The position numbers were made by a program, and so were the translations under genes. 64,000 nucleotides of DNA from Prochlorococcus sp. AG-363-P19 (GTDB lineage: Bacteria > Cyanobacteriota > Cyanobacteriia > PCC-6307 > Cyanobiaceae), in assembly GCA_003280055.1 (NCBI GenBank), contig QCGG01000008.1:19700-83699 (forward strand), in the 5' to 3' direction. Under the pieces are notes generated by a model that was not told where the DNA came from, searched no databases, and saw only the letters and a list, made by a program, of their open reading frames with translations. Positions 31,610-42,300 of this stretch are shown piece after piece. The number at the start of each line of letters is the position of its first letter. Position 1 is the first letter of the stretch.

Positions 31610-33103
31610 TTGAATTCAATGCTTAAGGGAGAACAATCAGGTCTTCTTTTAAAAGGCTTATTGGGGGGTTTGCTTGCAGGTGTTGCTTGTTTTTGTGGGA
31701 GCTTTGTTTTAATGCCACTTGCTTTGGCTCTTCTTTGGTATACCAGAAGATCAATTCGAGCTTCATTCTTTTGGGGATTACTTGCGGTTTTGGGGAGTCA
31801 TCTTTGGTTGCTCTGGCTACATCCATTGACTTGGCTGGGAGTCCCGTCTGCTATTAGCCTGCCTGTTGTGATTTTGATTTGGACTTTTTGTGGGATTTTT
31901 GGAGGAGCTCTTATTTGTGGATGGGCTTTATTAGGAATATTTCTTGAATCAAAGGGTTTTGGTGATGTTGGTGAAACGAATAGTTTCTGGCATTGCCTCG
32001 CAATGGCAAGCCTTTGGGGACTTGGAGAGGTTTTTCTTGCAAAGTCTCCACTTTTCTTTATCGGGCTTGCACCAGCTTTGTTACCGCAAGATCGAATTCT
32101 TGCTGGTTTGGCTAGATGGTTTGGATCAGGAGGTTTAGCAACTATTCAATTGCTCATAGGGTGGTGGATTTTGGCTGTTTATTTGAGTTGGGCCAATCGA
32201 CCAGCTCGACAACGACTCTTGAAGAAAGGACTAATTACCTTGGTCATTGCTCATCTGATTGGATGGATTTCTTTAAAACCTTTGCAGGCTTATGCCTCAA
32301 TTAATATTGGAGCTTGGCAGTCCGCTGTGCCTACGCGGGAAAAATTTTCTGAGGAACAAAGACTTATTTCTTCAAATGCTTTAGACCTAGCCTTATTTGA
32401 AGCCAAGAGAAAAAAAGCTTCCTTTCTAGTCGCTCCAGAAGGGACTCTCTCAGCAGGTCAAAGATTAATTTCTCCCTCTCCGATCCCTTTGTTGTCAGGT
32501 GGTTTTCGTTGGGAAAAAGGCAAACAAAGAAGTTCTCTTTTGGTGTTTGGTGCAGGGGATAGTTTTTTTAATAACTTTATTGATAAACATCGTTTAGTCC
32601 CTTTAGGGGAATGGATTCCTTCCTTTTTGGATTTTGGTTCCAATGGCCTTTCGGCAGTAGGGGGGGTGCAAGCTGGAGAAACCTCACGATTACTTAATTG
32701 GCAAGGGCCTAATGCAGCAGTGGCAATTTGCTACGAAATAAGTGATGGGAATGCAATAGCTATGGCGGTTAAAGGTGGTGCAGATTGGTTACTAACAATT
32801 GCAAACCTTGATCCATACCCTATTGAACTTCAAAAACAATTTATTTCTATTGCACAGCTTCGGAGTTTTGAGTCAGGGCGTGATTTGTTGAGTGTTTCTA
32901 ATACCGGACCTTCAGCCTTATTGAGTCCTTCTGGTGACGTCCAACTTTTGTTGGAACCATTCAAAAAGGGTGTTGCTGTAGCCAAATTGAACCTTTACAA
33001 GGGAACCACTCCTTATATGCTCTTAGGTGAAATTCCATTATTTCTCGGTGTAATCATTGGTATATTCTTTATTGTTCAGGGCCGTAGATTTGTTGAAAAA
33101 TAG
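31610..33103 (+). CDS. lnt: Apolipoprotein N-acyltransferase
   Basis: Polytopic N-terminal half plus a CN-hydrolase domain (APEGT..., ICYEISD). TTG start. Confidence 0.8.
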   Translation: MNSMLKGEQSGLLLKGLLGGLLAGVACFCGSFVLMPLALALLWYTRRSIRASFFWGLLAVLGSHLWLLWLHPLTWLGVPSAISLPVVILIWTFCGIFGGALICGWALLGIFLESKGFGDVGETNSFWHCLAMASLWGLGEVFLAKSPLFFIGLAPALLPQDRILAGLARWFGSGGLATIQLLIGWWILAVYLSWANRPARQRLLKKGLITLVIAHLIGWISLKPLQAYASINIGAWQSAVPTREKFSEEQRLISSNALDLALFEAKRKKASFLVAPEGTLSAGQRLISPSPIPLLSGGFRWEKGKQRSSLLVFGAGDSFFNNFIDKHRLVPLGEWIPSFLDFGSNGLSAVGGVQAGETSRLLNWQGPNAAVAICYEISDGNAIAMAVKGGADWLLTIANLDPYPIELQKQFISIAQLRSFESGRDLLSVSNTGPSALLSPSGDVQLLLEPFKKGVAVAKLNLYKGTTPYMLLGEIPLFLGVIIGIFFIVQGRRFVEK

Positions 33104-33109
33104 ATCCTT

Positions 33110-34294
33110 TCAGGCCTCCTTGTAAATCAATCCTCCACCAAGCACAATATCTCCACGGTAAAAGACCGCTGCCTGGCCTGGTGTTATATAAAATTGATCA
33201 TCTTGAAAAATTAACTTGCATTTACTTGATAAAAAATTAGCTTCTTGTTCCTCATCTGTCTTAATCGGAATCAATTCTGCTGGTACTGGTTTGCTTCTAT
33301 AGCGAAGCTGGACTTCCACTGAGATTTTTGTTTTAGGTGGAGAAATTGAGACCCAATTTATTTCCCTAATGCTACATTCTGATTGACCTGCTTCAGATCG
33401 AGGAGCGACAATAATCTCATTTCTTTTCGCATCTATATTTACTACATGTAAAGGTTCTTTCCATGAGACGCCAAGACCTTTTCTTTGGCCAATGGTGAAG
33501 TGATGAATACCAGTATGTTCCCCAAGTATTTCTCCACTATTAAGTAGGATCTTGCCTTTTTTTTCGGGTATATACATATCAAGAAAATCTTTCATTGATC
33601 CATGTACTTCAACAAGGCATAAATCTTGACTTTCTGCTTTATTTGCCGTTCTTAAGTTATATCGTTTAGCCTCTCTTCTTGTATCTTCTTTGGTTAACTC
33701 GCCCAGTGGAAAAACTACTCTTCCTAGAATTTCTTGAGATAGGTCATATAGGAAATAGCTTTGATCTTTATTCGAATCTATGCCTCTTAAGAGTTGATGC
33801 CTGTTATTACTTTCATCGTTTATATTGACTTTATCTGGATCAGTGGCTAAACGTATTCTTGCATAATGGCCTGTAGCAATTTTGTCGATATTAAGTTCAC
33901 TTTTAGCCCAATTTAGCATCGGGGCAAACTTTACATATCGATTACATTTTGAGCATGGTAAAGGTGTGATTCCACTCTCATAGCCTTTTACCAGACTATT
34001 AATAACTTCATTTTCAAAAATTTTTTTTGATTCGATGAAATGATGTCGAATTCCTAGCTGCTCACATATGCCTGCAGCATCAATTAAACCATCTGAACAG
34101 CATGCTCCCTTGCCCTCCATTAGCATCAGGGTCAAACCTTCGACTTTCCATCCTGCTTGGATTAAAAGTGCTGCACTAACTGAGCTATCTACTCCCCCGG
34201 AAAGACCCACTGCAATACTGTGGTCGCCTTGCCAGGTATGTAATTTTTGAAGAGCCTTTGCTCCAGCAGAGCTGGCGGATGAGATTTTTGTCAT
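33110..34294 (-). CDS. mnmA: tRNA 2-thiouridine(34) synthase
   Basis: PP-loop [16 protein letters not shown] and full-length MnmA architecture. Confidence 0.93.
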   Translation of the reverse strand: MTKISSASSAGAKALQKLHTWQGDHSIAVGLSGGVDSSVSAALLIQAGWKVEGLTLMLMEGKGACCSDGLIDAAGICEQLGIRHHFIESKKIFENEVINSLVKGYESGITPLPCSKCNRYVKFAPMLNWAKSELNIDKIATGHYARIRLATDPDKVNINDESNNRHQLLRGIDSNKDQSYFLYDLSQEILGRVVFPLGELTKEDTRREAKRYNLRTANKAESQDLCLVEVHGSMKDFLDMYIPEKKGKILLNSGEILGEHTGIHHFTIGQRKGLGVSWKEPLHVVNIDAKRNEIIVAPRSEAGQSECSIREINWVSISPPKTKISVEVQLRYRSKPVPAELIPIKTDEEQEANFLSSKCKLIFQDDQFYITPGQAAVFYRGDIVLGGGLIYKEA

Positions 34295-34376
34295 CGAGAA
34301 GCTACCAAAAAACTTTAGTAGTACTTAATTATTTTCATGGTTATCCTTCCATCGTGGGATCTTTGACTCCATTGTT

Positions 34377-35948
34377 GTGATATGGCCTGATTTTGATGTT
34401 GAGCATCTACTAGTCAGCTCTGAGCAAATGAGCTGCTTAGAAGAAGCATTACTTTCTGGTGGAATGCCAGTTTCATCTTTGATGGAGAAAGTAGGTCAAG
34501 GGATGGTCTCTTGGCTTGAGAAACAACCTTTTTTAATTGAAAAAGGTGTTCAAGTACTTGTTGGTCCTGGTCATAATGGTGGAGATGGGTTGGTTGTTGC
34601 AAGGGAATTACATTTGAGGGGAATTAATTTAGAAATCTGGTGTCCATTCCCAATTAAAGCGGCATTAACAAAACAACATTTGGAATACTGCTTGTGGCTA
34701 GGAATTAGACAATTAGATCAGCCACCTGATGTTAGTTCGGAAGCATTGTGGATCGATGCGATCTTTGGATTAGGGCAAGTTCGACCTCTACCTGTATTTA
34801 TCGCAAACCTTTTTAAAGCCCGAGAAAATTCCCAGCCCGGAAAGTTAGTTAGTTTGGACGTACCCACAGGTATTTGCTCTGACTCCGGAAAAACTTTGAG
34901 TAGTGGAGCAGCCGTAGCTCTTGCAACTTTGACGGTGGGTTTGAAAAAGCAAGGTCTCGTGCAGGATTTGGCTATTAAAAATGTTGGCAAATTGAAAACA
35001 ATAGAGATTGGTTTGCCTAAAGCCCTTTTAAATACTTTGCCTAAAACTCAGCCACGTCTGATTCTTTCGAGTGATTTAGCTAGCTCACCGTGGCCCCAAA
35101 TAGATCCTGATGCAATGAAATATCAGAGAGGGAGGGTTTTGATTATTGCTGGTAGTGATAGATATAAAGGCGCTGCTTATCTTGCACTTAGAGGGGTAAT
35201 GGCTAGTGGAGCAGGATCTGTCAGTGGCTTTTTCCCAGAAAAAATCGCATCTGATTTGTGGAAAGTAATACCAGAAGTAGTTGTACAAGGTTCGTTATCA
35301 AGCTCTTCCGAATGTTTTTTAGAGCTTGGTCAATTGCTTTCTGAATTTGATTTTTCTAGGGTTGACGCCATCTTGATAGGACCAGGATTAGGTAATTTTG
35401 AGAAGTGTTTTTCTTTTTGGGAGAAACCTTTAAGGAATTTTAAGGGGTTAGTGGTTTTAGATGCTGATGCAATTAATCAAATAGCCGATTCTTCCCAGGG
35501 TTATAAGTGGCTTGCGAAACGTGAGGGGCCTACTTGGCTTACTCCACATTTGGAGGAGTTTTATCGTCTTTTCCCAAGTATTGATACATCTAATAAATTA
35601 AAGGCTGCTTCTGAAGCTGCAAAGATAACCGGTACTGGTGTTTTGTTTAAGGGAGCACATAGTCTTGTTGCTTCGCCTAAAGGGGAAATATGGCAATTAG
35701 AAGATACCTTTCATTGGTCTGCTCGCTGTGGTTTTGGTGATTTATTAGCTGGATTCTCGGTTGGATTGGGTGCGATTGGTGTTGCCTCTTCAAATCAACT
35801 TGATGATGAGCTTCTTGCTCTCTCAATGTTTTTACATGCAGAGGCTGCCAAAATTAGTGAAAAAGGTGCTGGAGCAGCACTTGTAGCTGAGTCTCTTTCA
35901 AAAATCACCAGGGCGCTCCAAAGCCAAGATGTCGCTTTTAGCACCTGA
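34377..35948 (+). CDS. nnr: Bifunctional NAD(P)H-hydrate epimerase / ADP-dependent dehydratase
   Basis: YjeF_N domain with GPGHNGGDGLVVAR. YjeF_C domain with GPGLG and GFGDLLAG. Confidence 0.88.
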   Translation: MIWPDFDVEHLLVSSEQMSCLEEALLSGGMPVSSLMEKVGQGMVSWLEKQPFLIEKGVQVLVGPGHNGGDGLVVARELHLRGINLEIWCPFPIKAALTKQHLEYCLWLGIRQLDQPPDVSSEALWIDAIFGLGQVRPLPVFIANLFKARENSQPGKLVSLDVPTGICSDSGKTLSSGAAVALATLTVGLKKQGLVQDLAIKNVGKLKTIEIGLPKALLNTLPKTQPRLILSSDLASSPWPQIDPDAMKYQRGRVLIIAGSDRYKGAAYLALRGVMASGAGSVSGFFPEKIASDLWKVIPEVVVQGSLSSSSECFLELGQLLSEFDFSRVDAILIGPGLGNFEKCFSFWEKPLRNFKGLVVLDADAINQIADSSQGYKWLAKREGPTWLTPHLEEFYRLFPSIDTSNKLKAASEAAKITGTGVLFKGAHSLVASPKGEIWQLEDTFHWSARCGFGDLLAGFSVGLGAIGVASSNQLDDELLALSMFLHAEAAKISEKGAGAALVAESLSKITRALQSQDVAFST

Positions 35949-36082
35949 ATTTGTTCAAATAATGACTTTTCTTCTTGAAATGTGTAGTTTTTGCAGTCTG
36001 AATCTGAAGGGTTTTTGAAGCTATTAGCTCTTTTTGAATATTCGTAGGAAAGTCTCTCTAACTAAACAGGAAATAGCCAGTA

Positions 36083-37024
36083 ATGGTTTTTTCAACTCCC
36101 AAGCCTAAGGGTCCAGTACAGAGGCGAAGTAGTGACCCAATCAGTTGGTACCTCGCCACAATTGGACGAATCCCTCTTCTTACTGCTGCCGAGGAAATTG
36201 AGTTAGGAAATCAGGTTCAGATGATGATGAATCTGACTGAGGATGATTCCATTTCTGACACCAGTGAAAAATTAACTTCTAAGCAAAGAAGAATGATTCG
36301 AATTGGTCGTAGAGCCAAAGAAAGGATGATGAAAGCAAATCTAAGATTGGTAGTAAGTGTTGCTAAGAAATATCAGGGTAAAGGTCTTGAACTTCTTGAT
36401 TTGATTCAAGAGGGTTCACTTGGTCTTGAACGAGCTGTTGAAAAGTTTGACCCTACGCGAGGCTATAAGTTCTCTACTTATGCTTTTTGGTGGATCCGTC
36501 AAAGCATGACTCGTGCAATTGCCTGCCAGTCGCGAACTATTCGCCTACCAGTTCATCTGAGTGAAAGACTTACTACTGTTAGAAAAGTGAGTCTTGACTT
36601 GGCTCACAAGCTAGGAGCGATGCCAAGTCGTCAAGAAATAGCAGAAGAGATGGATATGCCCGTAGAAGAGCTTGATTCTCTTTTACGCCAGGCACTTACA
36701 ACAAGCAGCCTTGATGCACCTGTTAATGGTGATGATGGTAGAAGCTTTTTGGGTGATCTAATTGCAGATTCATCTCTGGATGAGCCTTTGGAAATTGTTG
36801 AGCAGCGTATACATCAGGAACAACTTGGGAGATGGCTCGCTCATCTCAGCGAACAGGAACAGCATGTACTCAAGTTGCGTTTTGGACTAGAGGGTAATGA
36901 AAGGCATACCCTTGCAGAGATTGGTCGACTCTTATCTGTTTCGCGGGAAAGGGTCCGTCAAGTTGAGTTAAAAGCCCTGCGCAAATTACGGAATCTCACT
37001 AGAAAATTACCTAGTGGAATTTAG
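36083..37024 (+). CDS. RNA polymerase sigma-70 family factor, group 2 type
   Basis: Regions 1.2-4.2 are present: DPISWYL, NLRLVVSVAKKY, IQEGSLGLERAVEKFDP, YAFWWIRQ, LSVSRERVRQVE. Confidence 0.93.
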   Translation: MVFSTPKPKGPVQRRSSDPISWYLATIGRIPLLTAAEEIELGNQVQMMMNLTEDDSISDTSEKLTSKQRRMIRIGRRAKERMMKANLRLVVSVAKKYQGKGLELLDLIQEGSLGLERAVEKFDPTRGYKFSTYAFWWIRQSMTRAIACQSRTIRLPVHLSERLTTVRKVSLDLAHKLGAMPSRQEIAEEMDMPVEELDSLLRQALTTSSLDAPVNGDDGRSFLGDLIADSSLDEPLEIVEQRIHQEQLGRWLAHLSEQEQHVLKLRFGLEGNERHTLAEIGRLLSVSRERVRQVELKALRKLRNLTRKLPSGI

Positions 37025-37055
37025 TTTTTAAAAGCTTATAAAAACGTTACTTGAT

Positions 37056-38159
37056 CTAGAAGCGTTCTTCTTTTTCAGCCCATATATAACGCGTTAGCTC
37101 TTCTGGTTTTGGTTCAGGCGCTTCTAGTGCAAATTCAACTGCATCAGTAACTTCTTTATCTATCTCTTTTTCGATTGCTCGAAGCTCTTCAGTGGTTGCT
37201 AAGGATCTAGTAAGAAGATCTTTTTCTAGAGCTTTTAGTGGATCTCTTTCTGACCAGAATTGTTTTTCTTCTTCTTGACGCAGTTCATCTGGGTCAGCAA
37301 GTGAGTGCCCTCTAAATCTGTAGGTGAGGCATTCAAGAAGTGTTGGCCCCTCTCCATTCCTGGCTCTTTTAATTGCTCTTATAGCAGCTTCCCTTACAGC
37401 TAGAACATCCATCCCATTAACTTCTTCTCCTGCCATCCCAAATGAGTTAGCTTTTCTCCAAATTTCTGGATCACTTGTAGCCCGATCATGTGCCATACCA
37501 ATGGCCCACTTGTTGTTCTCGACAACAAAAAGGATTGGTAGTTTCCATAGCTGTGCCATATTTAGACACTCGAAGAATTGACCGTTGTTGCAGGTGCCAT
37601 CACCAAAGAATGCGGCGGTGACAGAATCACTCTGCTTTTCCCCAAGAGCCTCTTTTTTGTATTTGCTGGTGAAAGCTGCTCCAACAGCCACAGGAATGCC
37701 CTCACCAATAAAGGCATATCCACCTAACAGATGATGTTCTTTGGAAAAAAGATGCATAGACCCCCCTCGTCCCTTGCTGCAACCTGTTTCTTTGCCAAAT
37801 AGCTCACTCATTACTTCACGCGCTGGCACTCCAGCGCTTAGAGCATGGACGTGATCTCTATAAGTACTGCAAAACCAATCATGTTTTTTCTTCATTGCTC
37901 CAATAACGCCAGAACTAACAGCTTCTTGTCCGTTGTAAAGATGAACAAACCCAAACATCTTCCCTCGGTAATACATTTCGGCGCATTTATCTTCAAAGCG
38001 TCTACCTAAGGTCATGTCCCTGAAGATATCAAGACCGGTTTTTTTATCAATTTCAGCTTGTTCTGTAGTGGCAAGTCCTGAAAGCCGCTCAGCGTGCTCT
38101 CCTGCTCCGAAACCCTTCTCTTCAGGCTTGTTTATTGGGTTTGTGGTTTGATTTGCCAT
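37056..38159 (-). CDS. pdhA: Pyruvate dehydrogenase E1 component alpha subunit
   Basis: TPP-binding [24 protein letters not shown]. Confidence 0.94.
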   Translation of the reverse strand: MANQTTNPINKPEEKGFGAGEHAERLSGLATTEQAEIDKKTGLDIFRDMTLGRRFEDKCAEMYYRGKMFGFVHLYNGQEAVSSGVIGAMKKKHDWFCSTYRDHVHALSAGVPAREVMSELFGKETGCSKGRGGSMHLFSKEHHLLGGYAFIGEGIPVAVGAAFTSKYKKEALGEKQSDSVTAAFFGDGTCNNGQFFECLNMAQLWKLPILFVVENNKWAIGMAHDRATSDPEIWRKANSFGMAGEEVNGMDVLAVREAAIRAIKRARNGEGPTLLECLTYRFRGHSLADPDELRQEEEKQFWSERDPLKALEKDLLTRSLATTEELRAIEKEIDKEVTDAVEFALEAPEPKPEELTRYIWAEKEERF

Positions 38160-38248
38160 GTCTGATTTCGGTCGTTTGATTTAAGACTGTAAGGGCATGA
38201 GGAGAAGAAATGGGCAAAACCCCTCTCACTGTCTAGAGTTTTATCTCA

Positions 38249-40282
38249 ATGGCTTTGACGAGCTTGGAACTCCCAATCGATCATTTCCGATTACTAGGCG
38301 TTAGTCCCTCTGCTGATGCAGAAGCTGTCCTCAGAGCATTGCAGGTTCGTCTAGATCATTCCCCCGAAGAGGGCTTCACTAGAGAAGCACTTATTCAACG
38401 AGCTGAACTACTCAGATTATCAGCTGACTTGCTGGCGGATACTGGGCGTCGTGAGGAATATGAGGCAGCTTTGCTGCAGGGTGCATATGGGCTTGAGTTT
38501 TCTTCAAATAAAGAGGTTGGGGGCTTGATTTTGTTATGGGAGGCGAATGTTGCTTATGAGGCTTTTAAATTAGCTTCTGAAGCATTACAGCCGCCCCAGG
38601 CACCAGCTCTAGGAAGCAGTAGGGAGGCAGATCTGACTCTTGTAGCAGCTCTTGCATGCAAGTCTGCTTCAATTCAAGAACAAGAAGATAGGCATTACGA
38701 ATCTGCAGCAGAACTTTTGCAAGAAGGTATAAAGCTTTTGCAGAGGATGGGAAAGCTCTCCGAGCAGCGCTCTTCATTTGAAGCAGAGCTCAATTCTCTG
38801 CTTCCATATCGTATTTTGGATTTGTTAAGCAGAGACCTTGGTAAAGATTCTTCTAGACAAGAAGGCTTGAGACTGCTGAATGATTTTGTTGTAAGAAGAG
38901 GAGGCCTTGAAGGGAAAAAAGCCTTTAAGGATCAAACAGGACTTGAACAACCTGAATTTGAACTTTTCTTCCAGCAGATTAGAGGATATTTAACTGCTCA
39001 AGAACAAATTGACCTGTTTAGCCATTGGCGTAAAAAAGGTTCTAAAGATTCAGGCTTTCTTTGTGTATTGTCTCTGACCGCAGCAGGATTTTCTTATAGA
39101 AAGCCTGAGCGACTTTGGGAGGCTCGAAAGCGTCTTGAAAACTTGAATTTGGATGGGTTAGATCCTCTTCCATTGCTAGGTTGCCTTGACCTTTTGTTGG
39201 CTGATATTGATTCTGCAAAGAATCGATTTCTTGCTAGTCCAGATGGTCTTTTGCAAGATTGGCTTAGTAATTACCCTGCGGATAGCCTGGCTGCCTTTTG
39301 TGATTATTGCCGTGACTGGCTTAGAAGAGATGTACTTCCTGGATATAAAGATATCAATGCTAATAACGTTGATTTGGAAGCATGGTTTTCCGATAGAGAT
39401 GTTCAAGAATTTGTTGATCGTTTAGATAGACGAGGCTTACGTAGCAGGCCCTTTTCTTTCTTGTCTTCAACGAGCTCTGAAGACTTTCCTTCCCAGAGGC
39501 TTGAAGAAGAGGATGTCTCTAATGATGTCAAAGATAATGATTTCAAAGCTAAAACTGAAGATAGAGCTTCTTTCAAGTCTTCTTTAGGACCTTTATTAAG
39601 AAGATTGAATCTGTATGACTTTTTGAAGAGTCTACGAGATGAACTGATTAAGTCTTCTAGAAGTGTTAATAGAGTTAGAAATAGGTTTGGGTCAATAGTA
39701 TTTATTTTGATCATTTTGATGGGATTTTCGGCTGCTTTTGCGCTTTTATTTCAGCGTTATAGGTTTTCATATTTTCAAACAAAGCAATCACAAGTTTTAG
39801 AGGCCATTAAGAAAAAAAATCTTGTAAAAGAGTCTTCAAAAGATGCTAATTCTGTGGCAGTTTTGAATAACGAAATAACCATTTTTAAATTATTAAAATC
39901 TAATGAACCTAATGAGATTGAAATTCGTGGATTGATAGAGTCTTGGCTTTCTGGAAAAGCTAAAATTCTTTTAGGTAATGAAGGCATCTCCCTCTCAAAT
40001 ATTGCCAGGCCTAAGCTTTTGAAAAAGTTAAATGAGGAAAGAAATAAAGATATTAAAGACTCAAATAAACAGGTTATTAATACTAGGATTATATCCTTAA
40101 AAATAGTCAAAAGAACATCAAAACGAATTGAGATAGTAACTGTTATTGATTATATTGATAAACGTTATAACTCTGCTGGTAAAATAATTTCTGAGACAAA
40201 AATCCCTCGACTTAATGTAACTTATATTCTTGGGAGGGACCCAGATGCATGGCGATTACATGCCTACATTAGTGGAAGTTGA
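38249..40282 (+). CDS. zipN: Cell-division protein Ftn2/ZipN (ARC6 homologue)
   Basis: N-terminal degenerate J-domain (DHFRLLGVSPSADAEAV), a single central TM (IVFILIILMGFSAAFALLF), and a C-terminal domain ending ...WRLHAY. Confidence 0.75.
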   Translation: MALTSLELPIDHFRLLGVSPSADAEAVLRALQVRLDHSPEEGFTREALIQRAELLRLSADLLADTGRREEYEAALLQGAYGLEFSSNKEVGGLILLWEANVAYEAFKLASEALQPPQAPALGSSREADLTLVAALACKSASIQEQEDRHYESAAELLQEGIKLLQRMGKLSEQRSSFEAELNSLLPYRILDLLSRDLGKDSSRQEGLRLLNDFVVRRGGLEGKKAFKDQTGLEQPEFELFFQQIRGYLTAQEQIDLFSHWRKKGSKDSGFLCVLSLTAAGFSYRKPERLWEARKRLENLNLDGLDPLPLLGCLDLLLADIDSAKNRFLASPDGLLQDWLSNYPADSLAAFCDYCRDWLRRDVLPGYKDINANNVDLEAWFSDRDVQEFVDRLDRRGLRSRPFSFLSSTSSEDFPSQRLEEEDVSNDVKDNDFKAKTEDRASFKSSLGPLLRRLNLYDFLKSLRDELIKSSRSVNRVRNRFGSIVFILIILMGFSAAFALLFQRYRFSYFQTKQSQVLEAIKKKNLVKESSKDANSVAVLNNEITIFKLLKSNEPNEIEIRGLIESWLSGKAKILLGNEGISLSNIARPKLLKKLNEERNKDIKDSNKQVINTRIISLKIVKRTSKRIEIVTVIDYIDKRYNSAGKIISETKIPRLNVTYILGRDPDAWRLHAYISGS

Positions 40283-40347
40283 TTTGATATATGCCTATAG
40301 TTAGTTTTGTGTTTTACAAGGCCTAAAAACTTACCTTCATTAATATC

Positions 40348-41814
40348 ATGTTTGATGAGCTTTCCGCACGGTTTGAAGATGCCGTAAAAAGTCTTAGAGG
40401 CCAGGCATCTATAAATGAAGAAAATGTCGAACAGGCTTTGAAGGATGTTCGAAGAGCACTTTTAGAGGCTGATGTCAGTCTCCCAGTTGCTAGAGAATTC
40501 GTTGAAGATGTTCGAGCAAAAGCAGTTGGTGTTGAGGTTGTTCGAGGAGTTAGTCCTGATCAAAAGTTTATTCAGGTTGTTCATCAGCAGCTTGTTGAGG
40601 TTATGGGAGGTGATAATGCGCCCCTTGCCTCAGCTGACACTTCCCCAACAGTTGTACTTATGGCGGGTCTGCAGGGAGCAGGTAAGACAACTGCGACTGC
40701 GAAGCTAGGTCTTTATTTGAAAGATCAAGGGAAAAAAACTTTAATGATTGCTGCAGATGTCTACAGGCCTGCTGCGATTGATCAGTTGCGGACACTTGGA
40801 GAGCAAATAGGGATTGAAGTTTTTTCTTTAGAGCCAGGAGCTACGCCTGAAGAAATTGCAGCTGCTGGTCTGAAAAAGGCACGAGAGGAATCTATTGACA
40901 CTGTGCTTGTAGACACCGCTGGACGTCTTCAGATTGACGAAGACATGATGGATGAGATGGTTCGGATTAGATCTGCTGTTGACCCACATGAAGTGTTGTT
41001 GGTAGTGGATTCAATGATTGGTCAGGAGGCTGCAGATTTAACAAAGGCTTTCCATGAGAAGGTTGGAATAACTGGTGCTGTTTTGACAAAGCTTGATGGA
41101 GATTCGAGGGGTGGAGCAGCTCTATCTATCAGGAAAATCAGTGGAATGCCTATCAAGTTTATTGGAACTGGCGAAAAAGTAGAGGCTCTTCAAGCTTTTC
41201 ATCCAGAACGAATGGCAAGTCGGATTCTTGGAATGGGAGATGTTTTAACTCTCGTTGAGAAAGCACAGAAGGAAGTTGAAATTGCTGATGTTGAGAAGAT
41301 GCAAAAGAAGTTGGAAGAAGCGACGTTTGACTTCTCTGATTTTTTAAAACAGATGCGATTAATTAAAAGAATGGGTTCCTTGGGTGGATTAATGAAGATG
41401 ATTCCAGGGATGAATAAAATTGACGATGGGATGCTTAAACAAGGTGAAGAGCAGTTCAAGCGCATAGAGGCCATGATTGGCTCAATGACTCCTAAAGAAA
41501 GAGTACAACCCGAACTTTTAGCCGCAGAACCATCAAGGAGAAGGCGTGTCGCTATAGGCAGTGGACATACTTCAGCCGATGTTGACAAGGTCTTGGCTGA
41601 TTTTCAAAAAATGAGGGGCTTTATGCAGCAGATGTCTCGAGGACAGGGAATGCCAGGAATGCCAGGAATGCCAGGAATGCCAGGAATGCCTGGAATGCCT
41701 GGAACGAGTGATCTTTCAGGTATGGGTGGAATGCAGATGCCTGCGAGAACAGGTAGGGGGCATGTGAAACGCCAAAGACCCTTGAAGAAAAAGAAGGGTT
41801 TTGGTGATCTATGA
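40348..41814 (+). CDS. ffh: Signal recognition particle protein Ffh
   Basis: N and G domains (GLQGAGKTT, DTAGR, TKLDGD) and a Met-rich M domain with a (GMP)6 tail. Confidence 0.97.
   Translation: MFDELSARFEDAVKSLRGQASINEENVEQALKDVRRALLEADVSLPVAREFVEDVRAKAVGVEVVRGVSPDQKFIQVVHQQLVEVMGGDNAPLASADTSPTVVLMAGLQGAGKTTATAKLGLYLKDQGKKTLMIAADVYRPAAIDQLRTLGEQIGIEVFSLEPGATPEEIAAAGLKKAREESIDTVLVDTAGRLQIDEDMMDEMVRIRSAVDPHEVLLVVDSMIGQEAADLTKAFHEKVGITGAVLTKLDGDSRGGAALSIRKISGMPIKFIGTGEKVEALQAFHPERMASRILGMGDVLTLVEKAQKEVEIADVEKMQKKLEEATFDFSDFLKQMRLIKRMGSLGGLMKMIPGMNKIDDGMLKQGEEQFKRIEAMIGSMTPKERVQPELLAAEPSRRRRVAIGSGHTSADVDKVLADFQKMRGFMQQMSRGQGMPGMPGMPGMPGMPGMPGTSDLSGMGGMQMPARTGRGHVKRQRPLKKKKGFGDL
41647..41703 (+). 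repeat. Tandem 9-bp repeat (GGAATGCCW x6) inside ffh encoding (GMP)6
   Basis: Four copies of ggaatgcca and two of ggaatgcct are read directly from the sequence. Confidence 0.95.
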
Positions 41815-41902
41815 ACCCCTACCAGCTATTGTGTTGTGTTGTTGGTGGTTTTTAATAGCAATTCGCCAGCTTTTAATCATCTAATTAAAAACAAGGACTA
41901 AC

Positions 41903-42292
41903 ATGATCAAGCTCCGCCTTAAGCGGTTTGGGAAGAAAAGAGAAGCAAGTTTCCGATTGGTAGCTTGCAATAGCACTTCTAGAAGAGATGGGCGCCCTCT
42001 GGAGGAATTAGGTTTTTATAACCCACGGACAAAGGAAACACGCCTTGATACAGAGGCTTTAAGATCCCGCTTGAGTCAGGGCGCTCAGCCAACTGATGCT
42101 GTGAGGTCTTTGCTGGAGAAAGGGGGGCTTTTAGAAAAGAAGGTTCGACAAGCAGAGATATTAGGCAAGGCTAAGCAAGCACTTGAAAGAAAGAATGCTT
42201 CGAAAGCATCTAAGGAAAAAGTTGCCAAAACTTCTGATCAAAAGGTTGAGGAGCCTGTAGAAGTTTTAAAAGATGAGTCAACGGAATCCTGA
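41903..42292 (+). CDS. rpsP: 30S ribosomal protein S16 with Lys/Glu-rich C-terminal extension
   Basis: [20 protein letters not shown]... canonical S16 core of about 80 aa, plus a charged tail of about 45 aa. Confidence 0.95.
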   Translation: MIKLRLKRFGKKREASFRLVACNSTSRRDGRPLEELGFYNPRTKETRLDTEALRSRLSQGAQPTDAVRSLLEKGGLLEKKVRQAEILGKAKQALERKNASKASKEKVAKTSDQKVEEPVEVLKDESTES

Positions 42293-42300
42293 AGCTTTCA

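Noticed and set aside
39176-40110. Several ORFs of 76-111 aa on both strands inside zipN/ftn2
   Set aside because: They lie in an AT-rich, low-complexity stretch of a convincing 677-aa gene, so they are composition-driven open frames.
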